A DNA stretch of 64,000 bases from Thermoanaerobaculia bacterium. Its GTDB lineage: Bacteria > Acidobacteriota > Thermoanaerobaculia > Multivoradales > Multivoraceae. The stretch is taken from positions 1,888,001 to 1,952,000 of the forward strand of contig OY761158.1 in NCBI GenBank assembly GCA_963664405.1, in the 5' to 3' direction. The notes beneath the pieces were generated by a model, which saw only the letters and a program-made list of their open reading frames with translations, did not search any database and was not told where the DNA came from. Positions 9,556 through 19,714 of the stretch are shown piece by piece. Both the position numbers and the translations under genes were made by a program. Numbering within the stretch: the first letter of the stretch is position 1; each line of letters begins with the position of its first letter.

Positions 9556-11840
9556 ACGGCTCCCTCGAGCTCTCTCACCCTCTCAGCGGAGGCTGCCATG
9601 GCCCTCTCATAAGCGGCCAGGACCCGCTCGATGTAGCGGTCCTGAGCGAAGTAGCTCTCGACCCTTTGTCGTGCGCCCTCTCCGAGGCGCTCGCGGAGCT
9701 CCTCATTGCTCAGAATCCGATCGATGGCTCTGGCGACCACGCCGACGTCTCGCGGCGGGACGAGAAAGCCAGTGTCGCCTTCGACAACCGCTTCCGCCGA
9801 GCCACCTGTGTCTGCTACGACGACCGGGCAGCCGCAGGACATCGCCTCCACGTAGACGTTGGCTACCCCATTCTCGTTGTCGCAGGGAGAAGCGAACACG
9901 TCCGCCCCCTGATAGAGGCTGACAATCTCCGAGCGCTCCTCGACGAAGGGTATGAGCTCCAGGTTGCGGGAAGCGCCTGCCGCTTCGGCCTTCGAGGCGA
10001 GGCGACGCGTCAAATCGTTCTGCCTGCCGACGACCTGCAGCAAGATCTCAGGATGGCGCTCACGTAGCCCCATCACGGCTTCGAAGACGGTCTTCACGCC
10101 TTTTGCCTTTGAGATGGTGCCGACGAAGAGCACTGTGTGCCGATGGCCGGGGAGGCGCTCACCGGCATCGGGTGAAAAGACCTCGGTGTCGATCCCGCAG
10201 TGGACGACATCGATTTTCTCGCGCGGCGTGCCATAGAAGCCGCTCACCCAGTCGGCGATATTCGCGCTCGAAGCCATCCAGCCGTCGGCCAACCGAATTG
10301 CTTCACCCTCGAGAACCGCCGCCGTGCGATAGAAGCTCGATTCCTTCTCGGGCCACCCCATGCGCTCGGCGAGCATGGCCAGGGGAGCGTGCAAGTGAAC
10401 GATGGCCGGGACCCAGTTCTCGACCGTGCGATTGAGCAGAAACGCCGCCCCCTCCGCTCCATACTCGGGAAAGTTCACCAGATCGAACGACTCCCGCGGC
10501 CGCAGTCGCGTCAGACACTCGAGCACGGCCCAGGAGTAGCCCAACAGGAACGCGGGTTGAGTGAGCAAGGGCACCCCCGGCGGCGCGTCCCCGGGCCGGC
10601 GCATTCTATGCACGCGGACCCCTGCCTGAGTCGTTGTGGCCATTGGCTCCTCGATGGCACCGGCGGCGCAGGACAAAACATCGACCGAGTGCCCGAGACG
10701 GGTGAGCCCCTGGGCCTTGTTCCAGGTTTGCGTGCCGATACCGCCATCGGCGGTTTCGGGAGGATACTCATAGGACACCAAGCAGTAACGCATGCCTTGT
10801 CTGTACAGTTGTCGAATCCCGGCGGATTCGATAGGCCACCGATGATATCCGGGTCGCGACTGCGACGCCTCGGAGGCCTCGGCGCCGGGCATCTGCCGGG
10901 CGACGAGGTCGCGCAGCCTTCGACACCACCAGTAGGATCGGTATCGATAGAGCTTACGTAAGAACACCTTCGCGGGCAATACCTCCAGGCCCAGCTGCCC
11001 GGCCTCCTCGCGATAGCTCTCGACGAAGCGTTCGAGATCCTTTGGCTTGTAGCCCTGGCTGAACTGAGAAAGATCGAAGAGGGTACTACCAAGGCCAAAC
11101 CCTTCCCAGTCAACGGGGCAAACACTATTGCTCGATGGCTGCCCATCCCCGGACCTAATGAGAATATTGTGGTGGCTGAAGTCACCGTGAACCCAGGTAT
11201 GGCCGTCGTCCATCAAGGTATCGGCCAGAGAGAGCACGCGGTCCCTCACTCCTAGCACACTCGGAGAAATTTCGGGATAGCGTTCGCGAACGAGGGCGTA
11301 CATCTCATTCGCAACGCGGGAGAAGTGACGGTGATCGAACCTGACCTCGCCGAATGTAAGAGCTCCGCTTTCAAGAGACCGGACCTGCTCGTGGAATTTC
11401 GCTAGCCACGAAGCGGCTGCGTACCAGTACTCCACACCGAAGTGGGCCACCGTGGTTCCGGAGATAGCCTCGATCAACAGCCACTCCTTGTTCTCATCAT
11501 CGACAAGGGACGCGGCAACGAATTCCGGTGTCCCGACCTTGATTTGCGGAAGGGCCGTTCGGTAGGCGAACACCTCACGCTGCCTCTTGCGCCGACGGCT
11601 TTGCTCTGGATTGACGCGCCGATCAATGCGTTGCCCATACTTCTTGAGAAACAGCCGCAGGGTTCCACCGGAAGAGAGATCGACCGATATGACGTCGCAC
11701 TCGGCAGTGCTTGTGTCTTGGAAAGGCATCCCCCTCAAACTGTCGACATGGGTATCGGCGCCGAACCGCTGACGGACGTATCGGTCAATGTGGGGGCCGA
11801 TTTCCTCGTCCCGGATGCCCTCTCCTGCTTGGCTACACAT
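9552..11840 (-). CDS. Fusion of an N-terminal APH-like phosphotransferase and a C-terminal GT4 glycosyltransferase
   Basis: Single 762-aa frame. HGDFSHHNI...VDWE lies in the N-half. The GT4 part begins MRYCLVSYEYPP (ATG 10793) and contains NVYVEAMSCGCPVV. Confidence 0.8.
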   Translation of the reverse strand: MCSQAGEGIRDEEIGPHIDRYVRQRFGADTHVDSLRGMPFQDTSTAECDVISVDLSSGGTLRLFLKKYGQRIDRRVNPEQSRRRKRQREVFAYRTALPQIKVGTPEFVAASLVDDENKEWLLIEAISGTTVAHFGVEYWYAAASWLAKFHEQVRSLESGALTFGEVRFDHRHFSRVANEMYALVRERYPEISPSVLGVRDRVLSLADTLMDDGHTWVHGDFSHHNILIRSGDGQPSSNSVCPVDWEGFGLGSTLFDLSQFSQGYKPKDLERFVESYREEAGQLGLEVLPAKVFLRKLYRYRSYWWCRRLRDLVARQMPGAEASEASQSRPGYHRWPIESAGIRQLYRQGMRYCLVSYEYPPETADGGIGTQTWNKAQGLTRLGHSVDVLSCAAGAIEEPMATTTQAGVRVHRMRRPGDAPPGVPLLTQPAFLLGYSWAVLECLTRLRPRESFDLVNFPEYGAEGAAFLLNRTVENWVPAIVHLHAPLAMLAERMGWPEKESSFYRTAAVLEGEAIRLADGWMASSANIADWVSGFYGTPREKIDVVHCGIDTEVFSPDAGERLPGHRHTVLFVGTISKAKGVKTVFEAVMGLRERHPEILLQVVGRQNDLTRRLASKAEAAGASRNLELIPFVEERSEIVSLYQGADVFASPCDNENGVANVYVEAMSCGCPVVVADTGGSAEAVVEGDTGFLVPPRDVGVVARAIDRILSNEELRERLGEGARQRVESYFAQDRYIERVLAAYERAMAASAERVRELEGAV

Positions 11841-11975
11841 GTCGAGAGAATGTCATCTCGCTGTCATCACCATGGCCCATTTCTGGATTCTCAGCAAGGA
11901 GCCCACAGAGGCACACACCTCGGACGAAGTCGACCTGTTTGTCCGTGTAGCAAGTTCTTGTTGAAACTCGCGGAA

Positions 11976-12686
11976 CTAGAAACCCAGCTCCACCCGCATT
12001 TCGTCACTGGGGCCAACAATCTCGATCTCCCGCTCGCTCCGGTGCTCGGGCTCGAGATGCCACACCGAGAGCTTGTAGGAACCCGGTGGCACATCGGGCA
12101 GCGAGAAGGTTCCATTAGCATCGGCGACGACCGCGTAGGGAGTCGAGCTGACCACGATGAACGCCGCCATCGCCGGGTGTATGTCACACCCTACGTCGAA
12201 GACTCCGGGCGCTGGGAATGTGTGTTGGTAGGAGACGAAGGCGGGTGATGCGACGTTGAACTCGGTCTCACCCGACTCGCCGTCGACCACCCGCACATTG
12301 TGAAAGACGTCTTCGCTGTTGATGAACTCGACCGGCTCGCCCGCACCGACGAGGAGCACGGCGGGATGGAACACGCTCCCCAGCTGGTCCATGTACTTCG
12401 TACCCTCTTGTGTCGCGGGAACAACTCTGTCCAGGGCCTCGAGCATGACTACCGCAGGGTGACCCCCTACCGCAGGCGGAGCTTTCCCCGTCACCCGGAC
12501 ACCGAGACTGGGCTCCGCGGTTTCTATCGCAGCCGCCGGCAGGCCTTCGGTCGGGGCCTCCGCGCAGCCACCACTGGTCACTAAGAGCACAGGGACCGCG
12601 CCACGCAATAGACGAAGAGCACCTTGGGATACACCGCACACGGCGGAGCAAAGACTTCTGGGAATCATGGGGAGAGAGCGAGCCAA
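11976..12686 (-). CDS. Cupredoxin-like lipoprotein with a carboxypeptidase-regulatory-like domain (copy 1)
   Basis: Lipobox-like VTSGGC; FHNV and GCDIHPAM (His plus Cys-x2-His-x2-Met type-1 Cu pattern); GTFSLPDVPPGSYKLSVWH. Start uncertain (12686 or 12668). Confidence 0.75.
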   Translation of the reverse strand: MARSLPMIPRSLCSAVCGVSQGALRLLRGAVPVLLVTSGGCAEAPTEGLPAAAIETAEPSLGVRVTGKAPPAVGGHPAVVMLEALDRVVPATQEGTKYMDQLGSVFHPAVLLVGAGEPVEFINSEDVFHNVRVVDGESGETEFNVASPAFVSYQHTFPAPGVFDVGCDIHPAMAAFIVVSSTPYAVVADANGTFSLPDVPPGSYKLSVWHLEPEHRSEREIEIVGPSDEMRVELGF

Positions 12687-12756
12687 GGGGGAGCGCGGCG
12701 CTTCCAGACTCCGGCTAGTCTACACTCGCCTTCGACGTGAGAGTGCAGCGGGCGGC

Positions 12757-13470
12757 TCAGCTTTCGTCAACGATCCGCCCGTCAGACATCAGAACCCGTC
12801 GCTGTGCATGTTCCGCCACCTCGGTCTCATGGGTGACGACGACGACCGTGGCACCCGACGCCGACAGCTGATCGACGATCTCCATCACCTCTCTCGACGT
12901 CCGCGAGTCCAGATTGCCGGTCGGCTCGTCGGCAAGGAGAAGAGAGGGTCCTCCGACCAAGGCACGAGCGATCGCAACTCGCTGGCGCTCCCCTCCCGAG
13001 AGTTGATTCGGCCGATGCTCCACGCGATCGCCAAGGCCGACTCTCTGCAGAGCGTCCCGAGCCCGATCCGCTCTCTCCGGTGGCTTCACGCCGGCATAGA
13101 TCAACGGCAGCTCCACGTTCTTCAGTGCGCTGAGTCTGGGCAGTAAGTTGAAGCTCTGGAAGATGAAGCCGACCTCCCGGTTTCGAACCCTGGCTAGAGA
13201 ATCATCATCCAGTTGGGGAACGTCGTGACCGAGCAGATGGTATCGCCCCTCGGTCGGCGTATCGAGGCAACCCAGGATGTTCATGAGGGTCGACTTCCCG
13301 CTGCCCGACGACCCCATCACCGCGACATACTCCCCCGCCTCCAGTGATAGATCGATGCCGTCGAGAGCGCGTACCTCGCTCGACCCGACCGAGAAGACGC
13401 GGTGAATGTTCTCGAGCTCGATCATGGAGCTCACGCGCTTGCCGACGGGGGCCACCGAGCTACTACTCAT
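12757..13470 (-). CDS. ABC transporter ATP-binding subunit (LolD/MacB type)
   Basis: GSSGSGKST, LSGGERQRVAIARAL, LLADEPTGNLD and VTHE motifs. Confidence 0.95.
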   Translation of the reverse strand: MSSSSVAPVGKRVSSMIELENIHRVFSVGSSEVRALDGIDLSLEAGEYVAVMGSSGSGKSTLMNILGCLDTPTEGRYHLLGHDVPQLDDDSLARVRNREVGFIFQSFNLLPRLSALKNVELPLIYAGVKPPERADRARDALQRVGLGDRVEHRPNQLSGGERQRVAIARALVGGPSLLLADEPTGNLDSRTSREVMEIVDQLSASGATVVVVTHETEVAEHAQRRVLMSDGRIVDES

Positions 13471-14710
13471 AGTGCAGAGCCTGGATCGGATCGAGATCCG
13501 CAGCGCGACGAGCCGGATAGAAGCCCGAAGAGACCCCGACTACGACCGCAACTCCAGTCGCAAGAAACACCGAAAGCGGTGTCACCACTGTCGGCCAATC
13601 CGCGACCGCGCCTACCGCACGAGAGATGCCGAGCCCCATGAGAACGCCGATCAACCCACCGAAGGCGCTGATGGCGAACGACTCGACGAGGAACTGCACC
13701 AAAATGTCACGCCTGCGCGCGCCTACTGCGCGCCGCAAGCCAATCTCGCGTGTTCGCTCGAGTACGCTCGCGAGCATGATGTTCATGATGCCGATACCAC
13801 CCACCAGAAGCGAGATCCCGGCGATGCAGCCCATGACGATGTTGAAGATGCGCTGGGTCCGTCGGCTCTGCTCCAGCAACCCCTCCGGAACCACCAGAAC
13901 GTAGTCTTCCATTCCGCCGTGCAGAACCGAGAGCAGTGCTTCAATAGAACGGGCGGCGGTGCGACTCGCCGTAGCGTCGTCTTCGCTGTCTTCGAGATGG
14001 ACGATGATCTCGCTCAAAGGAGAACCGAGCGGGCTGTGATCGAACCTTCTCAGCGCCGTCGTCACCGGCACATAGATGGCTCTCGAGGATGAACCGAGGG
14101 AGACTCCCTGGAAGGTGTCTCCCTCCCCTCCCCTCGCAGCGAGCACACCGATCACTGTGAGCCAGACGTCGTTCACTTTCAGGGCTGCACCCAAAGCAGG
14201 CTTGTACTGGAACAGCTCCCTGCGCAGGCCTGGCCCGATGACGCAGACCTGGGCGTGCTCCTTCTCGTCCAGCGCATCCACGAAGCGCCCCTCTTCGAGC
14301 TCGAGATCAGCGAGCTCCTGATGCTCCGGAACCACACCGTAAACGGTCCCTTCACCCCGCGCGCTACCGGCGAGGATGGCGTAGGGGGCAATCTCGACCT
14401 TGGGTGCGACCGACTCGACCCCGGGCACCGCCTCGCGAATCGCCTCGCAGTCACGCATCGATAGCCCGATGGAATGCTCTCGAATCTCGAGCAGCCGATC
14501 ATTATCGAAGCTCCGGGACCGAACGATTACGTTGCGCAGCCCCAGGCGCTCGATCGTACCCATGGCCTGAAGCTCTGCTCCCGCGCCGATAGAGAGCATC
14601 GAGATGACGGCGCCGACGCCGAATACCACTCCGAGCATGGCAAGCAGCGATCGCAGCTTGTGAGCGGCTAGGTTGCCAAGAGAGGCCATGAAGGCCTCCA
14701 GATAGCTCAT
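13463..14710 (-). CDS. ABC transporter permease (MacB/FtsX family)
   Basis: True start MSYLEAF at 14710; HKLRSLLAMLGVVFGV, GGIGIMNIMLASVLERTREIGLRRAVGA and PARRAADLDPIQAL motifs. Confidence 0.93.
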   Translation of the reverse strand: MSYLEAFMASLGNLAAHKLRSLLAMLGVVFGVGAVISMLSIGAGAELQAMGTIERLGLRNVIVRSRSFDNDRLLEIREHSIGLSMRDCEAIREAVPGVESVAPKVEIAPYAILAGSARGEGTVYGVVPEHQELADLELEEGRFVDALDEKEHAQVCVIGPGLRRELFQYKPALGAALKVNDVWLTVIGVLAARGGEGDTFQGVSLGSSSRAIYVPVTTALRRFDHSPLGSPLSEIIVHLEDSEDDATASRTAARSIEALLSVLHGGMEDYVLVVPEGLLEQSRRTQRIFNIVMGCIAGISLLVGGIGIMNIMLASVLERTREIGLRRAVGARRRDILVQFLVESFAISAFGGLIGVLMGLGISRAVGAVADWPTVVTPLSVFLATGVAVVVGVSSGFYPARRAADLDPIQALHYE

Positions 14711-15981
14711 CCACTCCCGCCAAGCAGCTTCACCAGGCCACTCCGCGCCTCCTGAGCCACCTCCGGTGCGGCACTGGGTGGCTCGAGAGCGACCCGCTCG
14801 CCCTCTCGGAGGCCCTCGTCGACCACCGACAGCCCCAGCGACTGAGCGCCGACCCTGATCCGACGCGCTTCGAGCCCAGACGCAGTCGCGACCCGCACGT
14901 GCGGTTCGCCCTGTTTGAGGAAGAGTGCCTGCCTCGGTATCACCAGAACGCCGGGGCGACGATCCAAGAAGAGTGTCGCCTGCACCCGCTGACCGGGGCT
15001 CATCGAAACATGTCCCGGGCTGTCGAGACGGACCGTCACTCCGAAATACTTGACGGGAGATCCCCTGAACCGGGGCTTCGAAGCCCAGTCCACACTCGAG
15101 ATGCTCCCGGAGAGAATCAATTCCGGGTGCGCCTCCACTTTCAGTTCTGCCGGGCGGCCCTCCGCCAGCCCGGCCGCGTCTGCCTCCAGTACGAATACCC
15201 TTGCCTGCATCGTCGACAGGTCCGGAATCTCGCCCAACTCCTGCCCCCGCCAGACCTCGTCGCCAATCCGGGGCGGATCGCCCCGGGAGTCGCGGACCCA
15301 GGTAAGCAATCCCGCCCGCGGCGCTCGCACAATCAATGAGTCCAGAACATCCTGGGCCCGACGCTCCCGAATCTCCGCCTTGCGGCGATCCACTTCTACA
15401 AGGCCCACTTCTGCTCGAGAAAGGGATGTGTTGACGCCCTCCATTCTCGTTGCCTGGTCCCAACGCTCACCCGCCAGTTCAGCGTCGATTCTCGATTCGG
15501 CGATCTCGAGTCGCGAGAACACGTCCTCATTGATCTTCTCGTAGTTCTGAGCGTGACGAAGCTCCAGATCCGCGACTTTCCGATCCTTGAGGGTGGTGGT
15601 GATGCGCGAGCTTCCTTCGCTCTCCGTCTTCTCCAGCCGGTAGGACTGGGAGTCGAGCTCTGAGATGGTGTCCTCGAGGCGGATCTCCAGGTCCGTTGGA
15701 TCGAAACTGGCAATAACATCTCCTTCCTCTACCAACTTCCCCTCGACTTCCAGCCACGCGATGCTCACCACCTCGCTGAGGCGCGAGGGAGCGGTCACCA
15801 TCGTCGACTCAACCGCTTCGAGAACTCCCTGCGCTGTAATGCGATTGACGAAGTCCCGTCGCCGAACCTCGATGGTGGGAACGGCGCTTTGAGGCCGGCA
15901 AGAAGCCAGGGCCACGATCAGTATCAAGGCTGCACTCAGCGTCGAGGAAAGGGTCGGCTTTCGCGTCGTGAGGCGCTTCAT
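14707..15981 (-). CDS. Periplasmic adaptor (membrane fusion) protein 3
   Basis: EGKLVEEGDVIASFD lipoyl-like motif, coiled coil, and IVRAPRAG...IPDLSTM. Confidence 0.88.
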   Translation of the reverse strand: MKRLTTRKPTLSSTLSAALILIVALASCRPQSAVPTIEVRRRDFVNRITAQGVLEAVESTMVTAPSRLSEVVSIAWLEVEGKLVEEGDVIASFDPTDLEIRLEDTISELDSQSYRLEKTESEGSSRITTTLKDRKVADLELRHAQNYEKINEDVFSRLEIAESRIDAELAGERWDQATRMEGVNTSLSRAEVGLVEVDRRKAEIRERRAQDVLDSLIVRAPRAGLLTWVRDSRGDPPRIGDEVWRGQELGEIPDLSTMQARVFVLEADAAGLAEGRPAELKVEAHPELILSGSISSVDWASKPRFRGSPVKYFGVTVRLDSPGHVSMSPGQRVQATLFLDRRPGVLVIPRQALFLKQGEPHVRVATASGLEARRIRVGAQSLGLSVVDEGLREGERVALEPPSAAPEVAQEARSGLVKLLGGSG

Positions 15982-17189
15982 CCGCCGGCTCCTACCTGAA
16001 CAAGTGTGCCTTCCTCCAGGCCGTCAAGCACTTCCACCCAGTCGGCATTGGATCGACCGAGCTCTGGGGCGACCCAACGGCGACGCCCGACAATCTCACG
16101 ACTGAGCACACGAGGCTCAGTGGAAGTCGCCCGAACCGCCACGACAGGCACCACGAGTGCGTCCTCCACTCGATCGACTTCGATCCTCCCCTCCACTCGC
16201 ATGCCCGGTCGCATCCTCGAGGGATCGTTCTCGTCGAACTCGAGCTCGAGCCAGACGACCCTCTGGGGATTCAGCCACGAGCGCGCTTGGACGGTGCGGC
16301 GAATCTGGCCTACGCGAACACGATAGGTCCGATCAGGGTACGCGTCCAAGCGCAAGGTGCCCACCTGCCCAACGGAGAGCCGACCCGACATGACCTCCTC
16401 GACCTGGACCTCCGCTTTCATAGATCGCAGGTCGGGGATCTCCAGCAGAGTTTCGCCACGCCACGCCCTCTCGCCCACCTTCTTCTTCTCTCCGCGCGAG
16501 TTTGTATGGTAGATGACCGTCCCCGGCTCTCTCGCTCGAACGGTCATCGCCTCGATCTCCCGCTCGAGGCTCGCAACTCTCGCCGTTTGGCGGTCGCGCT
16601 CCTGTCTCTGTCGCTCGACTTGCGAATAACCGCGGACGCCGAGATGCTCCAAGATCCCCTGCCGATACTCGATCTCCTCGGCAGCCAGCTGGCGATCGAT
16701 GATCGCCTGCTCCAGGGTAGCGCCGGCGACCAGCTCTGGCGGGATCCCTTCTTGAAGCTCGCCACGGCGCAGCTTCGCCTGCGCTGCCGCGAGAGCTAGC
16801 TCCGCCCTGCTTCGTTCCGCCTCGAGCTCCTGCTGCTGCTTCTCCAGACGCATCTGGGCAGCGTCGCGATTCGCTTCCGCCTGCAGCAGGAACTCCTCCA
16901 GCTCGGTCGTGTCGAAGCGAATTGTCTCCTCGCCTACCCCCAGCTCCCTCCCCTCGGGAGCCATGTAGGCGATCTTGAACTGCCTGGCTCGCCTCAACGC
17001 AGGCGGCCCGTAGGAACCGCTGCGCCCGGCGATGAGCTCGCCCGTCACACTGACTTCGAAGACCAGATCGCGGCGCGCGACTCGCACCCACTCCCCCTCG
17101 GAGGATTCGGCGCGCAGACGGAGACCGAACACCAACGACGCAGCCGCCAGCAGAGCGAGCAACCATTTGATCGTCGTCACACGCTTCAC
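15978..17189 (-). CDS. Periplasmic adaptor (membrane fusion) protein 2
   Basis: N-terminal signal/TM segment; VRAREPGTVIY...IPDLRSM, MRPGMRV and VEVLDGLEEG motifs. Confidence 0.88.
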   Translation of the reverse strand: MKRVTTIKWLLALLAAASLVFGLRLRAESSEGEWVRVARRDLVFEVSVTGELIAGRSGSYGPPALRRARQFKIAYMAPEGRELGVGEETIRFDTTELEEFLLQAEANRDAAQMRLEKQQQELEAERSRAELALAAAQAKLRRGELQEGIPPELVAGATLEQAIIDRQLAAEEIEYRQGILEHLGVRGYSQVERQRQERDRQTARVASLEREIEAMTVRAREPGTVIYHTNSRGEKKKVGERAWRGETLLEIPDLRSMKAEVQVEEVMSGRLSVGQVGTLRLDAYPDRTYRVRVGQIRRTVQARSWLNPQRVVWLELEFDENDPSRMRPGMRVEGRIEVDRVEDALVVPVVAVRATSTEPRVLSREIVGRRRWVAPELGRSNADWVEVLDGLEEGTLVQVGAGG

Positions 17190-18439
17190 GAGCGTGCCTT
17201 CACGACTCGGGCCAGCTCGGTCCCTACGCTGAGCTCACCCTGGATCAGGCAATGGCGCGGGCTACAGCGCTCTATCTCCACTTCTCTCCAAGATCCGTCG
17301 CTGAGCAAGGCCCTCGCCAGACGACCGCTCTCGTCTATGACCAGGGCCTCGCGAGGGGCAAGCAATGAGGGGCTCTCCCCACGCGAGCCGATCGACTCTT
17401 CGATGATCACTCTTGCCGACATGCCAGGGCTGAGGCGGTCGAGATCGGGATCCGAGAGCTCCACCATGACCTCGAACGCGCTCCGCGAGCTTCTCCTCGG
17501 ACTTCGGGCAATCTTGGCGACCGACCGGATCCGACCTACGATCTCTTCGTCGGGGTGGGCGTCGAACAGCACTCGCGCAACCTGGCCGACCTCGACCCTG
17601 CCGTCGTCCACGTCGTCCAGCCTAGCTCGTACGACCAGGCTGTCGAGCTCTGGGAGGCGCACCAGCGGCCAGCCCCGCTGTACCGAGTCGCCGACCTGCC
17701 AGCGACGACCCTCGCCCTGGCCCACCGTCAGGAGCACGATACCCGCTTGCGCGGGAGCCCGTAGAGTCAACCGGTCTGCTCCCTCCTCAGCCCGTCGAAG
17801 CTCTCGCTCGGCCGTCTCGAGAGCGATTCGCTCTACTTCGACGCTCGCCCTCTGCCCGCTCTTCGTCGCCTCGATGTTGAGCTCCGCCTCCTCGGTCTCG
17901 AGTTGAGCAGACTGGAGCTCCAACTGCAGCGCATCCCAATCTCTGGCTGCCTTGAGAGACTCTGGGATCCTGGCCGCTAATTCCGCTTTATCCAAGATCG
18001 ACTGTTTCTCCAAGAGCTGAAACTCGGCCTCCGCCACTTTCGAGGCCGCCTCCGCTTCGGCGGCTTGAAGAGCCATCGCCGCCTCGACTGCCCTCATCTG
18101 GAGATCGTCGATCGAGCTCACGAGCTCTGTGCTGTCGAGCTCGACGACGATCGCACCGGCTGCCACTTCCGACCCGTGATCGGCGAGCCAACGGATCTGG
18201 AGGGACCGCGGACCCGCCCTGGGTACGACCAGGTCGACGGCTCGCTCGGCGACGACCTCGCCGGTCAAATGGTGACGCACCACGAGCGGCTCCTGAACCA
18301 CGAGGAGCGGGGGTTGGTCCATCTCTTCCGGCACCGAGCACGCCCACGACGCCACGAGCAGCAGCAAGGCTCCCTGCCAGGGGATAGGAGGCCCGTTCGG
18401 GCGTGCTCTACGAAGCTTTGTCGCGAATCGACGACTCAT
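17186..18439 (-). CDS. Periplasmic adaptor (membrane fusion) protein 1
   Basis: HGSEVAAGAIVVELD, LRAPAQAG and LSPGMSARV motifs. The start is uncertain. Confidence 0.85.
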   Translation of the reverse strand: MSRRFATKLRRARPNGPPIPWQGALLLLVASWACSVPEEMDQPPLLVVQEPLVVRHHLTGEVVAERAVDLVVPRAGPRSLQIRWLADHGSEVAAGAIVVELDSTELVSSIDDLQMRAVEAAMALQAAEAEAASKVAEAEFQLLEKQSILDKAELAARIPESLKAARDWDALQLELQSAQLETEEAELNIEATKSGQRASVEVERIALETAERELRRAEEGADRLTLRAPAQAGIVLLTVGQGEGRRWQVGDSVQRGWPLVRLPELDSLVVRARLDDVDDGRVEVGQVARVLFDAHPDEEIVGRIRSVAKIARSPRRSSRSAFEVMVELSDPDLDRLSPGMSARVIIEESIGSRGESPSLLAPREALVIDESGRLARALLSDGSWREVEIERCSPRHCLIQGELSVGTELARVVKARS

Positions 18440-18600
18440 GGGTGGCTCGAGCCGAGGCGCCAACTATCAACAAGACCTGGGCGCCAGCGGTAAACCCCAA
18501 TTCTACCGCAAAGACCTTCGGTCCACCCCCGAGTACACCCGCGGCCTCCCAGACGCGTAGGTTCCTCGAAAGCAAGCCCTTAACCTGCTCTCGAAGGAGC

Positions 18601-19023
18601 TCAGGGCTGCTCGAACACCTTTCGCTCGACCACGCAAACTGCCGCGCAGCGTCCGTCGCTCAGAGGCTGGAACAGGCTGCGCTCCAGGAAATTGAGATTG
18701 ACGACGACCTGGAAGGCCTCTACTGGGAGCTCTACCTCGGTCAGGTCACACTGCCGCGCCCGAATCTCGAGCCCTCGCCGGGCCGCCTCGCCGGCCACGG
18801 CCTCGACCGCGACATCCGAGATGTCCCAGACGTCGACGTCAAATCCGAGCTCCGCCAGATAGAAGGCGTTCCTCCCAGCACCTCCGACTACGTCCAGCGC
18901 GCGACCCTTGGGCTGCTCGAGGAGGAGAGAACGATGCGATACCAGCCACTCGGAGGGCTCGGCATGGAGCCGCGCGGCGAGCGAGTCGCGGTAGCGTCGG
19001 TTCAACTTCTCGCGATCGGACAT
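18601..19023 (-). pseudogene. TehB-like class I SAM methyltransferase, apparently internally deleted
   Basis: Motif I ALDVVGGAGRNAFYLAELGFDVDVWDIS and NFLERSLF are present, then the protein jumps to a terminal strand (AVCVVERK) without the usual LxPGG segment. Only 140 aa. Confidence 0.55.
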
Positions 19024-19038
19024 CTCTGAACCGTCTGT

Positions 19039-19701
19039 CTAGGGACTCAGATCCAACCGCACCTCGCCCCCGTCCCCGCCGATCTGGACCTCCCGCTCAC
19101 TCCGCTGCTCGGCCTCGAGATGCCACACCGTGAGCTTGTAGGACCCCGGCGGCACATCGGCCAGCGCAAAGAAGCCATCTTCATCGGCGACGACCGCGAA
19201 GGGAGTCGAGCTGACCACGATGAAGGCCGCCATCGCCGGGTGGATGTCACACCCAAGGTCGAAGACACCGGGCTCTGCGAAGGTGTGCGGGTAAGAGACG
19301 AAAGGGGGCGATGCGACGTTGAACTCGGTCTCACCCGACTCGCCGTCGACGGCCCTCACATTGTGGAAGACATCTTCGCTGTTGATGAACTCGACAACCG
19401 CCCCCGCACCGACAACAAGCACCTTTGGATGGAATGTGCTCCCGAGCTGGTCCATGTACTTCGTGCCCTCCAGAGCCCCGGGAGCACTTCCGTCCAAGGG
19501 CTCGAGCATGACCACCGCAGAATGGCCCCCTAGCGCCGGCGGCGCCTTCCCGGTCACTCGGACACCGGCGCTGGGCTCCGCACTTTCCGGCGCGGAAGCC
19601 GGCGCGCTTTCTCTGGGTACGTCGGTGCAGCCACCGCTCAACAGTACGAGTGCCGGCACCCCCCCGCGCAGAAAACGAAGAACGCTTGGGAAACCGCGCA
19701 T
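19039..19701 (-). CDS. Cupredoxin-like lipoprotein with a carboxypeptidase-regulatory-like domain (copy 2)
   Basis: LLSGGC lipobox, FHNV and GCDIHPAM; highly similar to 11976..12686 at both DNA and protein level. Confidence 0.78.
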   Translation of the reverse strand: MRGFPSVLRFLRGGVPALVLLSGGCTDVPRESAPASAPESAEPSAGVRVTGKAPPALGGHSAVVMLEPLDGSAPGALEGTKYMDQLGSTFHPKVLVVGAGAVVEFINSEDVFHNVRAVDGESGETEFNVASPPFVSYPHTFAEPGVFDLGCDIHPAMAAFIVVSSTPFAVVADEDGFFALADVPPGSYKLTVWHLEAEQRSEREVQIGGDGGEVRLDLSP

Positions 19702-19714
19702 AGCGCAAAGACAG

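Noticed and set aside
14711-15463. 250-aa N-terminal extension of the permease ORF (13463..15463)
   Set aside because: It overlaps the adaptor gene in another frame and is Gly/Arg-rich noise. The natural start MSYLEAF at 14710 overlaps the adaptor stop.
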